DNA of 64,000 bases from Ylistrum balloti. Lineage: Eukaryota. Below, piece by piece: positions 28,195-40,876 of this stretch. The position numbers and the translations under genes were made by a program. The stretch lies in NCBI RefSeq assembly GCF_031769215.1, contig NW_026782359.1, forward strand, positions 124,001-188,000, given 5' to 3'. The notes under the pieces are model-generated. The model had not been told where the DNA came from. It saw only the letters and a program-made list of their open reading frames with translations, and searched no databases. Position 1 is the stretch's first letter. Each line of letters opens with the position of its first letter.

Positions 28195-28288
28195 TAGGTG
28201 TTTTCCTGGAGATGAAGCTCGCAATGAAATGTTGCTCGTGTTCGTCGCCAATCTCAGCTAAGTTTCCACCATAAACGTTACAGATCAT
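28195..28288 (-). CDS. CTL-1 exon 3 of 4
   Basis: Acceptor cttccgtag|ATG, donor A|GTAAGT. 94 nt, phase 0 to 1. Encodes MICNVYGGNLAEIGDEHEQHFIASFISRKTP. Not in the ORF track. Confidence 0.92.
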
Positions 28289-29166
28289 CTACGGAAGATA
28301 CGGTAAGTACACAGCAGTATGATCAACTGGTGACCCGATAACGATGAACATGTTTATCATTGACAGGCATCATACTTATATAATAGTGATAAATAATTTA
28401 GTTGAAATGAAACTTATAAAATATCAAAAAGAATTCGATGCAGAAGTATTGTGTGGTATAATTAGTATATATCGGCCTACACAAAAATTACTTTCTCAAT
28501 CTCTCACCACCTAATTCATTTTGGGAAATTATTCTTTTGCCAATTTCAAGGAAATAGTACTTAAGACAACTAACAGAAATTAAAGGAATGCGAAGGAAAT
28601 GAAACGTCATTAAGGCAGATCGGAGGTAATTCATAATGTAATGACACAACATAATAATACCATACACATAACTAACTTAACCGAACATGTTACAGGAATC
28701 CCGCCACGAACTCCAATTCTCCATAACGATAGTCCACCAACATATGTGATATCTGCCATGATGTTGCGGAAATGATATCTATTCATAGTCACGGAAACTT
28801 TGTTATAACAATAGGTAAAAACATTACAAGGTATTACTTTCACAACATTAATCATAGTCTTATTCACTTTCATTCAACCCCACAGGTGTTGGAACGTATT
28901 TAGAAACAGAAAAGTATAAAAAGTATTTAAAAGTATATATGCCACTAAAGAGAACAAGCATATCCAAGCCACATTTCAAATGATAATTAAAACATGTAAA
29001 AAGTGTCGAGAATATGCAATTTATGATGATAAATGGAAGTGTAGACTATGGAGAACACATAAACATACAATAAAGAACGCTTGTTTCAATCTAAGGAAAA
29101 GATCAATAGGCAGCAGAGGAAGAGAACACATTCTGCTATTTAAAGTTGGACGTGTTCGATGTTTGC

Positions 29167-29440
29167 TAGTTTGTCATGTGGTTCCGTTGTTATCTACCTT
29201 GTTTACATTTGAGAACGCGACATTAATCAGTTGGAGTAACCAAGATTTACATGGCAGAAGACACTTACTCTTCTTATCCCTATATCTTTAAGAAGTCTCC
29301 GTGTAAATCTAAATATGTCCTTTGTTCATGTTTTGCCATAGTGTCATCAATGTCGACAAATAGATGTTGCGTTTATTTCTTTTTCTCGATCTTGAATTCT
29401 ACTGAAGATTCTGTTGGCATGTCGATATTTTCTTTGTTGT
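29167..29440. repeat. Dispersed repeat copy 2, homologous to 7204-7440, in CTL-1 intron 2
   Basis: See copy 1; same orientation. Confidence 0.6.
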
Positions 29441-31304
29441 ATCTATTCTTCAGCTTTACAATTACTTGATAAATATAGCAGTAGTGATAGGTCTTATAAC
29501 ATCTGTTGGCCATTATCGTTAAGGTCTACTCCTAAATAAGTAATGTCAGGTTATGAAATAAAAACAAAGTTAACAACAACGAACCCGCCAGGGATATTAA
29601 TCGGCACTGAACATATTATTTAAATTTAAGTAGATATAAAGTTCCAACTTTCATAGGACACTTTATGATTCTAAATGCAACAATTCGAACAACTGACAGT
29701 TTATCAGCTAATTCAACAGGTATATATATATAGTCCTCTAGAATGAAACCATTACTGTCCATACATAAGGTTAATGTACACGTAATCGCCCAACTTAAAT
29801 AGTCCACGTTCATCGCGACAGGTCACTCTATTCAGTCTATACTCAGCATGTTTTATACCACATATGTTAAACTGACAGAAAAATAAGAATGAATATATTT
29901 AACTCAGATGTTATATTTGTACTTCTTATGTATATGATTGTGAATACTGCAATAAAATATTGTAAGATGTGATAATGTTTCACAGTATTAGTTTGTACCT
30001 TTCGTAAATATTAATATATCCACAGCGTTTTAACACTGCCGGGCGTATGTGATTACATATTACTTTTTAACAGTGTTTTAATGTTACACTGCTGAATGAA
30101 ATTCCATTGTGACATTTATATTACAGAAAAAAACACATTGTGGAATATATTGCAATTTTCATAACACGTGTGTGTATGCCAGACGATGAATTAACAATGG
30201 CGGGGATTATACAGGTAAGGATAGAAATGATTTCAAATGGGGTCAAAACAGTCTTCACGGACTCTAGCGATTTAAACACAATCCAGGTAAAACACATTTG
30301 GGATTTCTTTAATTCATTTGCCCTAGTTTATTACTTCACACAGACTTTTTTTGTATGTTGAAGTTCATAAGATCATCAACATTTTGTATCAAAATTTATT
30401 TTTCACCTTCCAGAGTTACATTAGATTGGTTTGAGTCATCGAAGTAACGTCCTGTAACAATTGTCCTTTGTACATTTGTATGGACTAGTCGCTGTATGTG
30501 CGGCTCGTCATGGCATGATTGATGGCCGTCATATGACTACAGTTGTCACCATGAGTGAGGTAGAATATGCGGAGACTTCTCTTAATTGAAAAATTTACTT
30601 TTAATTCCTCTATTTTAATAGTAAAAAAATCATCATTAATAATTCAGCAGTTGAAATTAGCAAATGACATGCATTGTTCCTGATTCGATGATTGTCATCC
30701 ATTATTTAATTAGAATATTTTCTGTCTCTGCAATTATGTTTGCGTTTCATTTGTTATGAGTCATAATTACCTATGGTCATTTGGTAACGATGTTGTAGTA
30801 CAATGGACGGGTATAACACTATCTTCCGTGATATGAAAATAAATGATATTAAGTTTCTGATCGTTCAGTGTTGGAAGGAGATCTATAATTTATCTATTTA
30901 CAATGAGGAGAAAATAATATACACTATTTTCTAAAGCGATTTTGCAAATAATTCAAACACTGTATTTACCATAACATGAAGTTATTACGGTAATGGATTG
31001 AAGATTTAGTAATACAGAGCTACCAATGGAAGTCATGATTATAACACAAGCATGCCAGTGGTCTGTTTCCATTCATTCAATCAAACCTATTTTATTGTAG
31101 AAACATACAAAGGGATTGGGCACAAGTTCTCGCAACTTACTAGGCCCTCTCCTGTTTTCATGGATGGGAACACTGATATAATAGAAATCTGTGACTAGGA
31201 TATTCGTACTTAGTGATAAGGATGTAGACCACCATATGCCAGTGTAAATTCGTGTTTAGCACTGAGGATAGTATATTAGCGCATTTATGGTCTCATTGTT
31301 GGTA

Positions 31305-31782
31305 TTTTCAAATCCCTGGATCGAAAGATCGGGGGCATATTGTTTTGTGCTATTTGATTGCTGTCAATTTTAACCTTGCCCATAACTACTACACTGTAAT
31401 AGGTAGTGCTTTCATATTTGGCATGTGTGTTCCTTGTGACATTTCCGGTGGTCCATTTTCCACCATGTTACCTTGGCCATGCTTTGACAAACACTTTTAA
31501 CACTGGCAATAACTATTGCATCATAAGAGGGATCGTTTTATGTTTGGCATGTTTACTCCTTATAACAAGACCTTTCCGGTGGTACCAAATGTTTTGACAA
31601 TGTGACCTTGACCGTGACGTTTGACCTACATTGGAAAGTAATAAAAATCATTACCCCAATGAAAACATAAGTGTTTCACAAAGTGTGCATGCAATCAACT
31701 GCCTTACACAGTATGGTTTTAAAGTCCCACTTCAGATTTTGTTGCGACCGGAGGCATAGCATTTCATAAACACAACAAGTTT
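31305..31782 (+). mobile_element. Degraded non-autonomous Helentron-type element (HINE), second family
   Basis: 5' end atccctggatcgaaagatcgggggcatattgttttgt; about two internal repeat units (tttggcatgt...tttccggtggt..c); tgaccttgaccgtgacgtttgacct; 3' end gcgaccggaggcatagcatttcataaacacaacaagtt. The termini resemble the bivalve family ending ggggcat..gtttcacaaacacatcttgtt. Confidence 0.7.
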
Positions 31783-32892
31783 CTTCTTTTTCTATTTGGA
31801 AGAGAAAGGTTGTTTCTTAGATGTTTTGAAGACGAGCATTTAAAAATAAAGACGAGAAATTATTCAGTGATTTTTAACCTGCTCTGGTTAAGGAATATTT
31901 TTGTTAAAATGTGTTACACAAAATACATAGCAAGAATCCCAGAAGTAAACACCTCGACATTACTAGAATTCTTACTCAGCAGTCTCTCCGTTGGAGTTTT
32001 AACGTACACAAGATGTGGTATTCACAATCAACATGTTGGTCTACAAAAATAGATTCTTCACCATATCAACAACCTTGTTTACACATGCCTGCAATATTTA
32101 CACCATTTCAGTTTTTCTTCTTTTACAATGTGTGTTAAGGTTCTCATTTCCATACAAGTAGAAGGAATGACGTGATATTTCCCAAAACAATGATGTTTCG
32201 GATGAATAAAGCATGGCAACGAGATATTTGATAATTGAAAGAATAAACCATCGTGACCATCACCAAAACAATTGGTGTCATGAGAAGGAAGAATAATTGA
32301 TATCGGCTATCCCATAATTTGTTAGTTACTTAAGTCAGTAAATACATATTTCAATGATGTAATGTGTACATCAGTAGATTAAGTGTTAGCGTTGTTGGGA
32401 AGGTTTACGACGCACTTGATTCAGCCCTCAGCATAAGTGTGATAACAGTTAAGCTATTGTACTGGTAATAAAAAGGATACCATTTAAAAGATTGTGACGG
32501 CCATCGTGACCATCACCGGAAAGTGGCGTTTAGAGACGGAAGAAAGAGTTGTTGATATTGACCATTGCATAGCTTACGTAGATTTAGTACACGTTTATAA
32601 TTTGGAAGGTCATATTCATTGATGAATGTTATCATTATCATATTTTTTATTTCCTTTTCTCTCCAATACAATAGTCGTAAGCCACACTCGTTGAGACAAG
32701 GCATAGTCTGTTGTTCCATAGATGTAACCGTTTGTGGTGTGGGTTCATTTCCTGTTCCGTTCACATAAAGACGTTTTAGTTATAGTGTTTCCTATTACAG
32801 ATAGGTATGTGGTGAAGGTAACAAGTGACCATAAGTGAAAGAAGTAATAGTTTATTCTGTAGAGACATATCTTTCCCATCTTGTATACTTAC

Positions 32893-32981
32893 CGAGGCCT
32901 CGGCCCATGTAGCCTGTATATTGAAGTCCATATAGCAGGAAGACCCATGGACCAGGAAGCCACTTGGACACTCGCCAGAAA
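32893..32981 (-). CDS. CTL-1 exon 2 of 4
   Basis: Acceptor catcgtttcag|, donor TCG|GTAAGT. 89 nt, phase 1 to 0. Encodes SGECPSGFLVHGSSCYMDFNIQATWAEAS. Confidence 0.93.
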
Positions 32982-33142
32982 CTGAAACGATGAATGAAAA
33001 CCTGACAAGTGCAAAGCACGCGGTAGGAGCTTTAATGACGCAAACCTAACAGTCAGTGATAATATACAGCACCCGCCAGAAAATCAAAATACATGTAACC
33101 TTGTATTCCCCAAAACAAGGAGTGAACCCGAAGCTCACCGCG

Positions 33143-33253
33143 GTTATTTCGCGAAAATCATAAATATCAATTTTCTTCTATTTTATTGAATACATACATA
33201 TATTCGCGAAAATAGTGAAAAATAGAAACCACGAAAATAAACAAACTTTACTA
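33143..33253 (+). mobile_element. MITE 3' terminal fragment
   Basis: Repeated cgcgaaaat/ccacgaaaat motifs ending aaactttactata, resembling the right end (...CGAAAAT...TTTACAGTA) of common mollusc MITEs. No matching left TIR seen. Confidence 0.45.
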
Positions 33254-33319
33254 TATGCCACAACTAACGAAAATCATTCAAATAAGGAGTAAAACTTCCC
33301 CAAGTAAGGAAACTCGCAA

Positions 33320-33770
33320 ATTACTTAAACAAGGAGAGATTGAAATATACATGAAATATTAAAGAATTAAAGACACGCCATAGACATTCAAATAATAGGT
33401 GAAATCTACAACACTTACAAATTTTAGACACTCCCAAAACACTTAAACGAGTGAAACATACAAGGATTGCGACATACAACTCCAACGTATTTAAGACACT
33501 TGCATTACACAAGGAATGAACCTACGATACTAACGAATTAAAGACACTCCCAACCACGTAAACTAGGGGTGAAACCTAAAACACTAACAAATTTAAGACA
33601 CTCGCAAGACACTCACAACAAGAATGGAATATACAACACAAACGAATCAAGACATTCTAGATACTTAAACAAGGAGTTAAACATACATTGCTTGTGAACA
33701 CAAGACACATGAACAAGGAGTACAAATTACAAAAGACACACAAGTGAATGATACAAATTTACAAGCACAG
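33320..33770. repeat. Old degenerate tandem repeat, period about 55-60 bp
   Basis: Recurring aacaaggagtgaaac(c)tacaacact..aatt(t/a)aagacactc motifs. Confidence 0.65.
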
Positions 33771-34112
33771 TAAAGCCAAGAAATGGATTAATGAGCTGCT
33801 TCGTACAACTGTTTCGTCCTTATATGACTTGTCAGTAATGCTAAGGGTCTTAATTTGGAAACCTAGAAGGGGACTAAGGAATACAAAGATTGATTGAAAA
33901 TCTGGATGGAAAGGTGCTCTAGTCCCATAATTCAATTAATTTCGAAACTTTCCTGTACAGTAATATACACCGCTTACGAATATAAAACACTGAAACAAGG
34001 TGTGAAACCTAACCTCGCTGATAATTAAAGAGGCAAGGTTTTATATAAAACACATACGATACAAGGGAGGCAAATCATTTATAAAACATGCTCGTGTCTG
34101 TTTTATAATTAC

Positions 34113-34176
34113 CTTGTGTCATTACCGTTAACACTAGCAGCACACAGAATATGCCATGCACCGTAATGACAGCCAT
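34113..34176 (-). CDS. CTL-1 exon 1 of 4 (signal peptide)
   Basis: aagATGGCT start. Encodes MAVITVHGIFCVLLVLTVMTQ. Phase-1 donor G|GTAATT matches the phase-1 acceptor at 32981, giving ...MTQVSG-ECP. Confidence 0.85.
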
Positions 34177-34919
34177 CTTGGATTTACATAGCTATCTATC
34201 CCCGAGATAAAATTCGTCTGACCTATATCTGGCTGTGTTTTATACTATGGCAGATCTAAGAGAGATAAGAGCACAGAAAGACAACTCAGTTCTATATATG
34301 TTGCGACTTCGTCGCTCATTGTAATTTAGCACTTTGTTACTTGATTTCGTTGTATGTATCGTTCACGTTAAAATCATACTAGTTGAAATTATGATGCATT
34401 TGTTTGCGCTAAATAATGACCTTTTACGTTATCTTTCCAAACAACGACTTTTCTTTTTGCCCTCGCCGATAAAACTGCAACACGACGACGAGAAAAACGG
34501 TATGTCATCAATTAACAAAACATCGAACTAAAATAATACTGGAAAATGATGTTAAACAGGCATAGTCTATGGAAAATAAACTGATATTTCTGAAATAGTA
34601 AATTTTCCTTAACCAACCTTAATGAGCCAAGTCACGAACATCCCTTCCACAACCAGAATACAGCTGAGAAAATGGTCCTTAAGTTAGATATTTGACAGTG
34701 TAGATGGCACGTAATACATGTTCCGTAATAAGCCTTGGATAACAGGCATTTACGTGAAATTAACCAAAGATATCTGTTTAGGGATAAAAATCATGTTCTT
34801 TCTTTTTATTGATATTTTAGACTGGAAGTTAACACGGCCATTGATCTCTAGGTATCAAATTGGCTTCCGATACATTGAATTAGTAGGACGATATCAAATA
34901 TGCTCTGTAGAAGTGAAAA

Positions 34920-34923
<4 letters not shown>

Positions 34924-34974
<51 letters not shown>
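34924..34974. repeat. (GA)25 microsatellite
   Basis: Read directly from the sequence. Confidence 0.97.
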
Positions 34975-34976
<2 letters not shown>

Positions 34977-36320
34977 GAAAAAAAGGTTTCATCAACCTGC
35001 ATGTCTCGCACTGATGGCGTGATAATCTGAACCAACCGTCAAAAATCGAAGTAAATGCGACATGTAAAAACCGTACGTTAGCGAAGCAGAAATGTTACTT
35101 CTTAGAAGTGACTGGATATAGAAAGCATCATGCTTGCCATGTAGCTAAGTTGAAAATTGTTGGTTTGGTTTCATGTAGATATTGGGATAAAATGTATGTA
35201 GAAGAATATTCCGTCTTCTTGCTTTCTTAGTCTGGAGGGTCAATAACTTTCTTGTTATTCAAAGAAAAGCATTATGTAACAGTCCAGTAACAGAGATATA
35301 CAGTTAATCCTATAAAGAGTAAAAAATAGTCTTTTGAGAGAAAAAAAAAAACTTGTAAGAAGTATATGGACATATTGACAAACTTTAAATTAACCCAATG
35401 CTACGAGGTTCTGTATGATACTAACAGCTGACGATTACTTTGTTTACTATCCTAAATGTTTAATTCTAAGTACTCATAAACTAAGGTACATTACATGCAA
35501 TGACTTATTTTACTAAATATTTTACTTTTCAAACCTACAAGTTAGAATCGTCTTCTATCTCTTCATATACCATAAATTAGTTCTACACTACGAAGAAAAA
35601 AATATTCTGTAAGAATTTCTAAACAGAAAGCATTACAGGATAAAGTGATGTTGGTTTCAAAATGAAGATACGTTCATGCTTTAATTTTACATATAGCATA
35701 CGTAAGATTGAATTACTTCCATCATCTGTATAATTGAAAGATATAAAAATCAACATTCTACAAAAAGTAGTATGTAGATAAAGACCTCCTAATATGTAAC
35801 ACGTGACATATACATGATGTATACTTTAAATACTACATTGTGACCCATTTAATAGTTTAATTCAATATACCAATACAAGACTTCTGATTCGCTTTTTATT
35901 GAAAATTATATATTTTACATGAAACAGCTATATCTGATAATAGAAGCACGTCGTGTCTACGGTCGTATCATCCAATTATTACACCTCCGCTGCCACTGTT
36001 ACTGTTAGCAAATGCGCTGAAATAACAGAAAAGTCATGTTAATCATAATAGATAACAGCTGGTATGGAAACATATCACCAGAAATCATGAATCAGTTACA
36101 CAATAACCATAACTTAAGGGCGCTTCTGCTGTTGATGGGAAAACTACATCGCGAAATGGGGGAATGTTTGCTGTATATTTTATCTTCTCTTCGCGTACTT
36201 GTTCTAGTAGTTCTCCTGTAACACTTGTATTTTATGAGAGTAGATTCGATTTGTGAATTCGATTACCGGTTTTGTTAACTCTCTTGTCTATCTGTTATTT
36301 GAAAGAGACAATAACCGTCC

Positions 36321-36553
36321 TTACGATGCCTCGCACACGAAGTGGTGTTTGCGATCACACACAGACGCGCGCCATTGGAAATTGTTATTGAAAACCATAG
36401 CTAGACATCTCTTCTGGGCTGATTGAGTGTCCGGTTCTCCTGAGGCCCAGGCCTCGTACCCCACAGGAATGGACTCTCCTTCCCACATCCATCGCCCGCC
36501 TGTCATTATGGTAGTCCCTCCCGTCCAAAACATTCCGTCCTTACTGAACGTAG
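36321..36553 (-). CDS. CTL-2 (C-type lectin paralog) last exon; model complement(join(36321..36553,36992..37085,37405..37499, plus an uncertain signal exon))
   Basis: Acceptor ttaacag|, phase 1. Encodes FWTGG...WASGEPD...RCLAM...WRASVCDRKHHFVCEAS*. AATAAA on the minus strand at 35895-35900. Confidence 0.92.
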
Positions 36554-36991
36554 CTGTTAACATTGTGCGTGTGACACAAACAGAATATACTCAATAGATT
36601 TGTTATATATTGTCTTACTTATATTTTGATTAGACATAAGAATGATTTAATTAGCCATATGTATTACAATCTGGTGCTTTGTACAGTTTGTATTTTATGT
36701 ATAATTGTGTTATTGCAATATAATAAAGATAATAAAAGTAATATAATTCATGAATGTTACTTTAATATATATATATATAAATAATACAAGTTAGAAATGT
36801 AGGCATTGGTAATCGTAACAAAGAATTACAGTTATGAAATGAAAATGACAACACTTCCTGACATGAATAAACAGGGTTTAAACATTACTTTGTGATACTG
36901 AATATATATGATTTTGTAACAAACAAATTTTGTCACAGTCTAGGTGTTGCGCTCTTGTAGAACAAGATATATAGTACACAAATTCCATTAC

Positions 36992-37085
36992 CACTGCCCT
37001 CCCTTGCCAGGTGGTTCCCGATGAACGTTTGTTCCTCCGCAGTGTCTATGGATAACAGATCAGTTTTCAGCAGACGACAATAAAA
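36992..37085 (-). CDS. CTL-2 middle exon
   Basis: Acceptor ttttaatcag|, donor G|GTAATG. 94 nt, phase 0 to 1, the same length as CTL-1 exon 3. Encodes FYCRLLKTDLLSIDTAEEQTFIGNHLAREGS. Confidence 0.92.
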
Positions 37086-37404
37086 CTGATTAAAAACAAA
37101 TATCGGCGTCAAAACAAAGTTATAAATTTGAATTATAAATAAACAAAGTACACAATAACATCTGTTTCAATAACAAAGCAATAAATGTAGGCTATTGATC
37201 ACGTGACAGAACTTTATATCAGCAACATAAAACCAGAAGAAATCTTATATCAAATGACAGCAACAGTTGATAAGTCGATAAGAAAATATTCAGAGACTTT
37301 ACTCTCAATACATCCTGTACAATATATCAAAGCAAGTATGAAGTAAAATTGGCACAACTATGAAAAGGATGGAAAATGTTATACATTGATAAATGAAATC
37401 GAAC

Positions 37405-37499
37405 CTCCGCTTCGCTCCATGTGGCCCTCATGTTGAAAAACAAGTAGCAAGATGTTTGATGTACAATGGAACCGTCCGGACACACAGACAGACAAGGAC
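37405..37499 (-). CDS. CTL-2 first CTLD exon
   Basis: Acceptor aatgcag|, donor GAG|GTTCGA. Phase 1 to 0. Encodes PCLSVCPDGSIVHQTSCYLFFNMRATWSEAE. Confidence 0.9.
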
Positions 37500-37957
37500 C
37501 TGCATTTATACGTCGAGATTTATGTAAATGTATAATGTACAAGTAGACAGCAGACTGCCATTAAAAACGAAATTTACGTCACAATGTTTTATTGCACCAG
37601 AAGTATAAGCAACAAGTAAAGTCGAAACTCGTAATTTAATGTTACTAGTTTGAAATGGCGGTAAAAAAGAAACAAAAAAAATTCTACTTTCGCTTTTTCA
37701 TGTTTATTCACCCAAACAACAAATCATGTAATTACAACACCATTCAAAATACAGCTGAACTTGCGTCGTTCCGTCCCGCCTACGTTTACACTACCCTTAC
37801 TGGCCAAGAACATATTGGTAATTTATTTTACGGAAAGACAATAAAACGAACATCAAATATGCTTTTGATACGCTACTACAAACGATGTATTAAGCTACAG
37901 ATGATATTGATATGTCATTATTATGAATAAATAAACGCGGCACTAAAAAGTGTTTAC

Positions 37958-38047
37958 CTGTTATAGAAAACATTGTACAAACACTAGACTCAACAAATTA
38001 CGCACAGATATAGACTCTGTCAATGACAAATACTTTCGGCACTTCAT
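37958..38047 (-). CDS. Candidate CTL-2 signal-peptide exon, apparently 1 nt short
   Basis: ATG at 38047 gives MKCRKYLSLTESISVRNLLSLVFVQCF, then TAA just before the donor CAG|GTAAAC. One extra T in the T4 run at 37967-37970 gives ...QCFSITG, in the phase required by the next exon. Confidence 0.4.
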
Positions 38048-38549
38048 TGTCAAAGCAATAAATCTAACAAAGCGACTGATCACAGTCCTCTAGTAAAATA
38101 ATCTAAAAAAAAATAGTTTCTTCCGGAATTGTGGGGATTAGATTCCGTCAAAAAGTTCGTGCTGGTTTGACGGCATCGTTTTGATCGTTCCTAAAGATGC
38201 ACGCAACCAAACTACACGTTTTCCTGTCTTGTATAAACACGCCCCTTGTTTAACGTGCTACAGAATGATGACACTAATTAAGAAGCCAACCTTTAATTGG
38301 ATAATTAAACTGGTTATTAATCGCTAGAGAACAAGTGCTGTGTGTACGATTGACCGATACGCTGTACTAAGCAAAAAGTTACGCACAGATGACGTTATGT
38401 GTATACATGTATTGACCGACTTCGTCAGAAGACGTGCCGATGTTTTGACAAACGTTAATTTCGAGTGAATGACTTTTCCCTTGCTTTACAATTAAAGGGA
38501 CTGTAAAATCACTTCGACTCAACCAAAATTTCGCCTCAATGAAATTCGA

Positions 38550-38662
38550 GTCATCCGAACTAAAGTTACAAAGATATAAAAGAAAAAATCGACACTTGAA
38601 AATTATTTCAACTCAAACGGAATTTCAACTCAAGCAATTTCAAGACAACGATTTCAACTGTA
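38550..38662 (-). mobile_element. Tc1/mariner-type MITE terminal fragment
   Basis: The minus strand begins TA-CAGTTGAAATCGTTGTCTTGAA, with internal ttgagttgaaat repeats. The partner TIR is not clear. Confidence 0.35.
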
Positions 38663-40870
38663 CTTAATCGATGTTATGCGCCATGTAAATCGAGATTTCT
38701 CAAATTAAAGCAACGCTATCAAAATTAGAAGCTATGAAATAACATTCATCTAACATGTATGAAATAATAATGGCTGCCTTGAAATTTCATCGCCCATGCT
38801 GTAAGTTTATTCAAAAGCTGTAGGCATTTTTCACGGAATCGTAATACTGGAACCAAACCCGTAAAATGGAGTACAATATGACTTGTAAACACAGCAAATT
38901 TGAAAAGCAGGGTTTTAACAATCTAGATAAAGTAACCCACGATAGGGAGATCAAATTCATTATGCTTATAATACAGCTTATTGTAAGACTGTCTCTACTG
39001 TGTCATTGATGCCCATTTTTTATGTCTATTTACGATGGTTAATAAATTTCCTGATATTCAAAGACAACTTGCATCTGCAAGTTAAACATATCTTTTTCAT
39101 CTATATCGGTAAGTTTTTCGAGAAATTCTATATCGTATGAGAACAGTCAGTCAAGGCAGAGGTTAGTACCCATAGGTATGCCAATAGTTTATTTAATATT
39201 ACCGCTTAACGATTTGTCATAAGAACATTTCAATCCTTCAAAATCATCATTCTGTTACTTTTTTGTGAAGTATAAAGTATCACAATAAACGGAAGTAACA
39301 CATTTGGATAAAAGTCAAACAATAGGACGAGGTTTAGGTTTGAATGGAGAAAGAGGACAGAATCATGGACATCACAGTACTTTAGTGTTGTGGAACTCTT
39401 CAGAACCGCTCTATAATTCAATTACTAGCGAGGGATGTCTGTATCACTAACAATGTCTGGTAACCTGAATGATTATAACGATGATGCATAATTAGGTAGA
39501 CTTTTAAAAGTGTGTGATGTCCTTGGATATCGAAGTAAGCCCAATCCCTTCCTTACGTAGAAAATGAAATAAGTGTTTACAGGCAAGAATCACTAATCAG
39601 ATGCCTTATCTGAAAAAATATCGCATTTTGTATAAAAACGATCAGTGTGGTCTGTGGTCTCGACATCCTGGTAAAACCCGTTAGGATGCTGCTAATATTA
39701 ATTTTAAACTCTACACTGCTGAATCCTTTAATAATTGACTATTTCACTTTGAAAATCAAAGTCAAATGCTTCCGTTTCATCCACTCTCTACCATGCTTTT
39801 CCATGGAAGCCACAGGTATCTAGGAATTCACATCTTAATTACTTTGAGGAGTCTCTACGTTTGTTATATTATTTTGTTTATAAGTGTTATCGAACTATTT
39901 CCACGGATTATGTTTTGCTGATATTAAATACACTGTAAAGGAGCAGCACGATGGGCTTGACAAAAATTACCAGAGTGGATGCTGTCTATAATACCCTCCC
40001 AGAACTCTTCGTCTTCAGCATTTTCTCCAGACACCTTTTTTTCAAATGTCACAGCGTTTATAATTCTTTTGTCCGTATTTGGCTCTCACTGTTGTTATAC
40101 AGTGTGAAGAACACCAACATTCGTTGAAATTATCAAGATACAGCGTTCCGTTACGTGTATATAAATATTTGATGATGTTAACCTACAAATTATTTGCTCT
40201 CCAGGTCTCCGCAGAGAACGTCATTATTGTCAAAATAAGTATAGACGAAGGGAGATAACTCTAGCACCAAAATACTGTTATGATGTAAAGAACAGCAACA
40301 TAAATATAATCATAAATCATGGCTACAATTACTCACTCAAAAGAACTGTCCATAGAGTTAGTGGACGAAGTAAGCGTAAACCCGCCATCTTGTGTATTTT
40401 AATCTATGAACAGATTCCAGACCTCGCTCCAACGTCTTTCTCGGTAGTCTGATACAAGTTGTTTTCGTGGGTCAAATGGATCTCGAACGTGGGTCAAGGT
40501 TTTATCTGTCTTGACATACATGCAGACAACTGATCATTTGTCATAGAACTCTCATGGTGGGATTTATCGCCTAACGAACAGCTAGGTTTATTTGAGGCGA
40601 GGTTTCCTTGTAGTAGACGTTGACTACCTCACTGAACCTACGGGAGCCCCGTCACATCACACCCTGAATTAGAGTAAAGTGTCTTTCTAAAGTACACAAC
40701 CATGTCAGCATAGACAAGTCTATTTCTCAACTTCCTGGTAAATACAACATGTTATGTGTAAAGCGTCGAACTGTGCACCTGTGATACTTCACACACACAA
40801 GACATCTGCACAGTGCTCATATGCCACAGTGGTTGTATATAATCAAACTGAAATGATAGATGCTAAAACA

Positions 40871-40876
40871 TTTATT
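40871..40876 (-). terminator. Probable poly(A) signal of the large ZnF gene (3' UTR about 1.9 kb)
   Basis: AATAAA on the minus strand, with a GT-rich tract further downstream (plus-strand cacacacac near 40790). Confidence 0.45.

Noticed and set aside
34718-34978. ORF ending in RERERE
   Set aside because: Translation of the (GA)n microsatellite.
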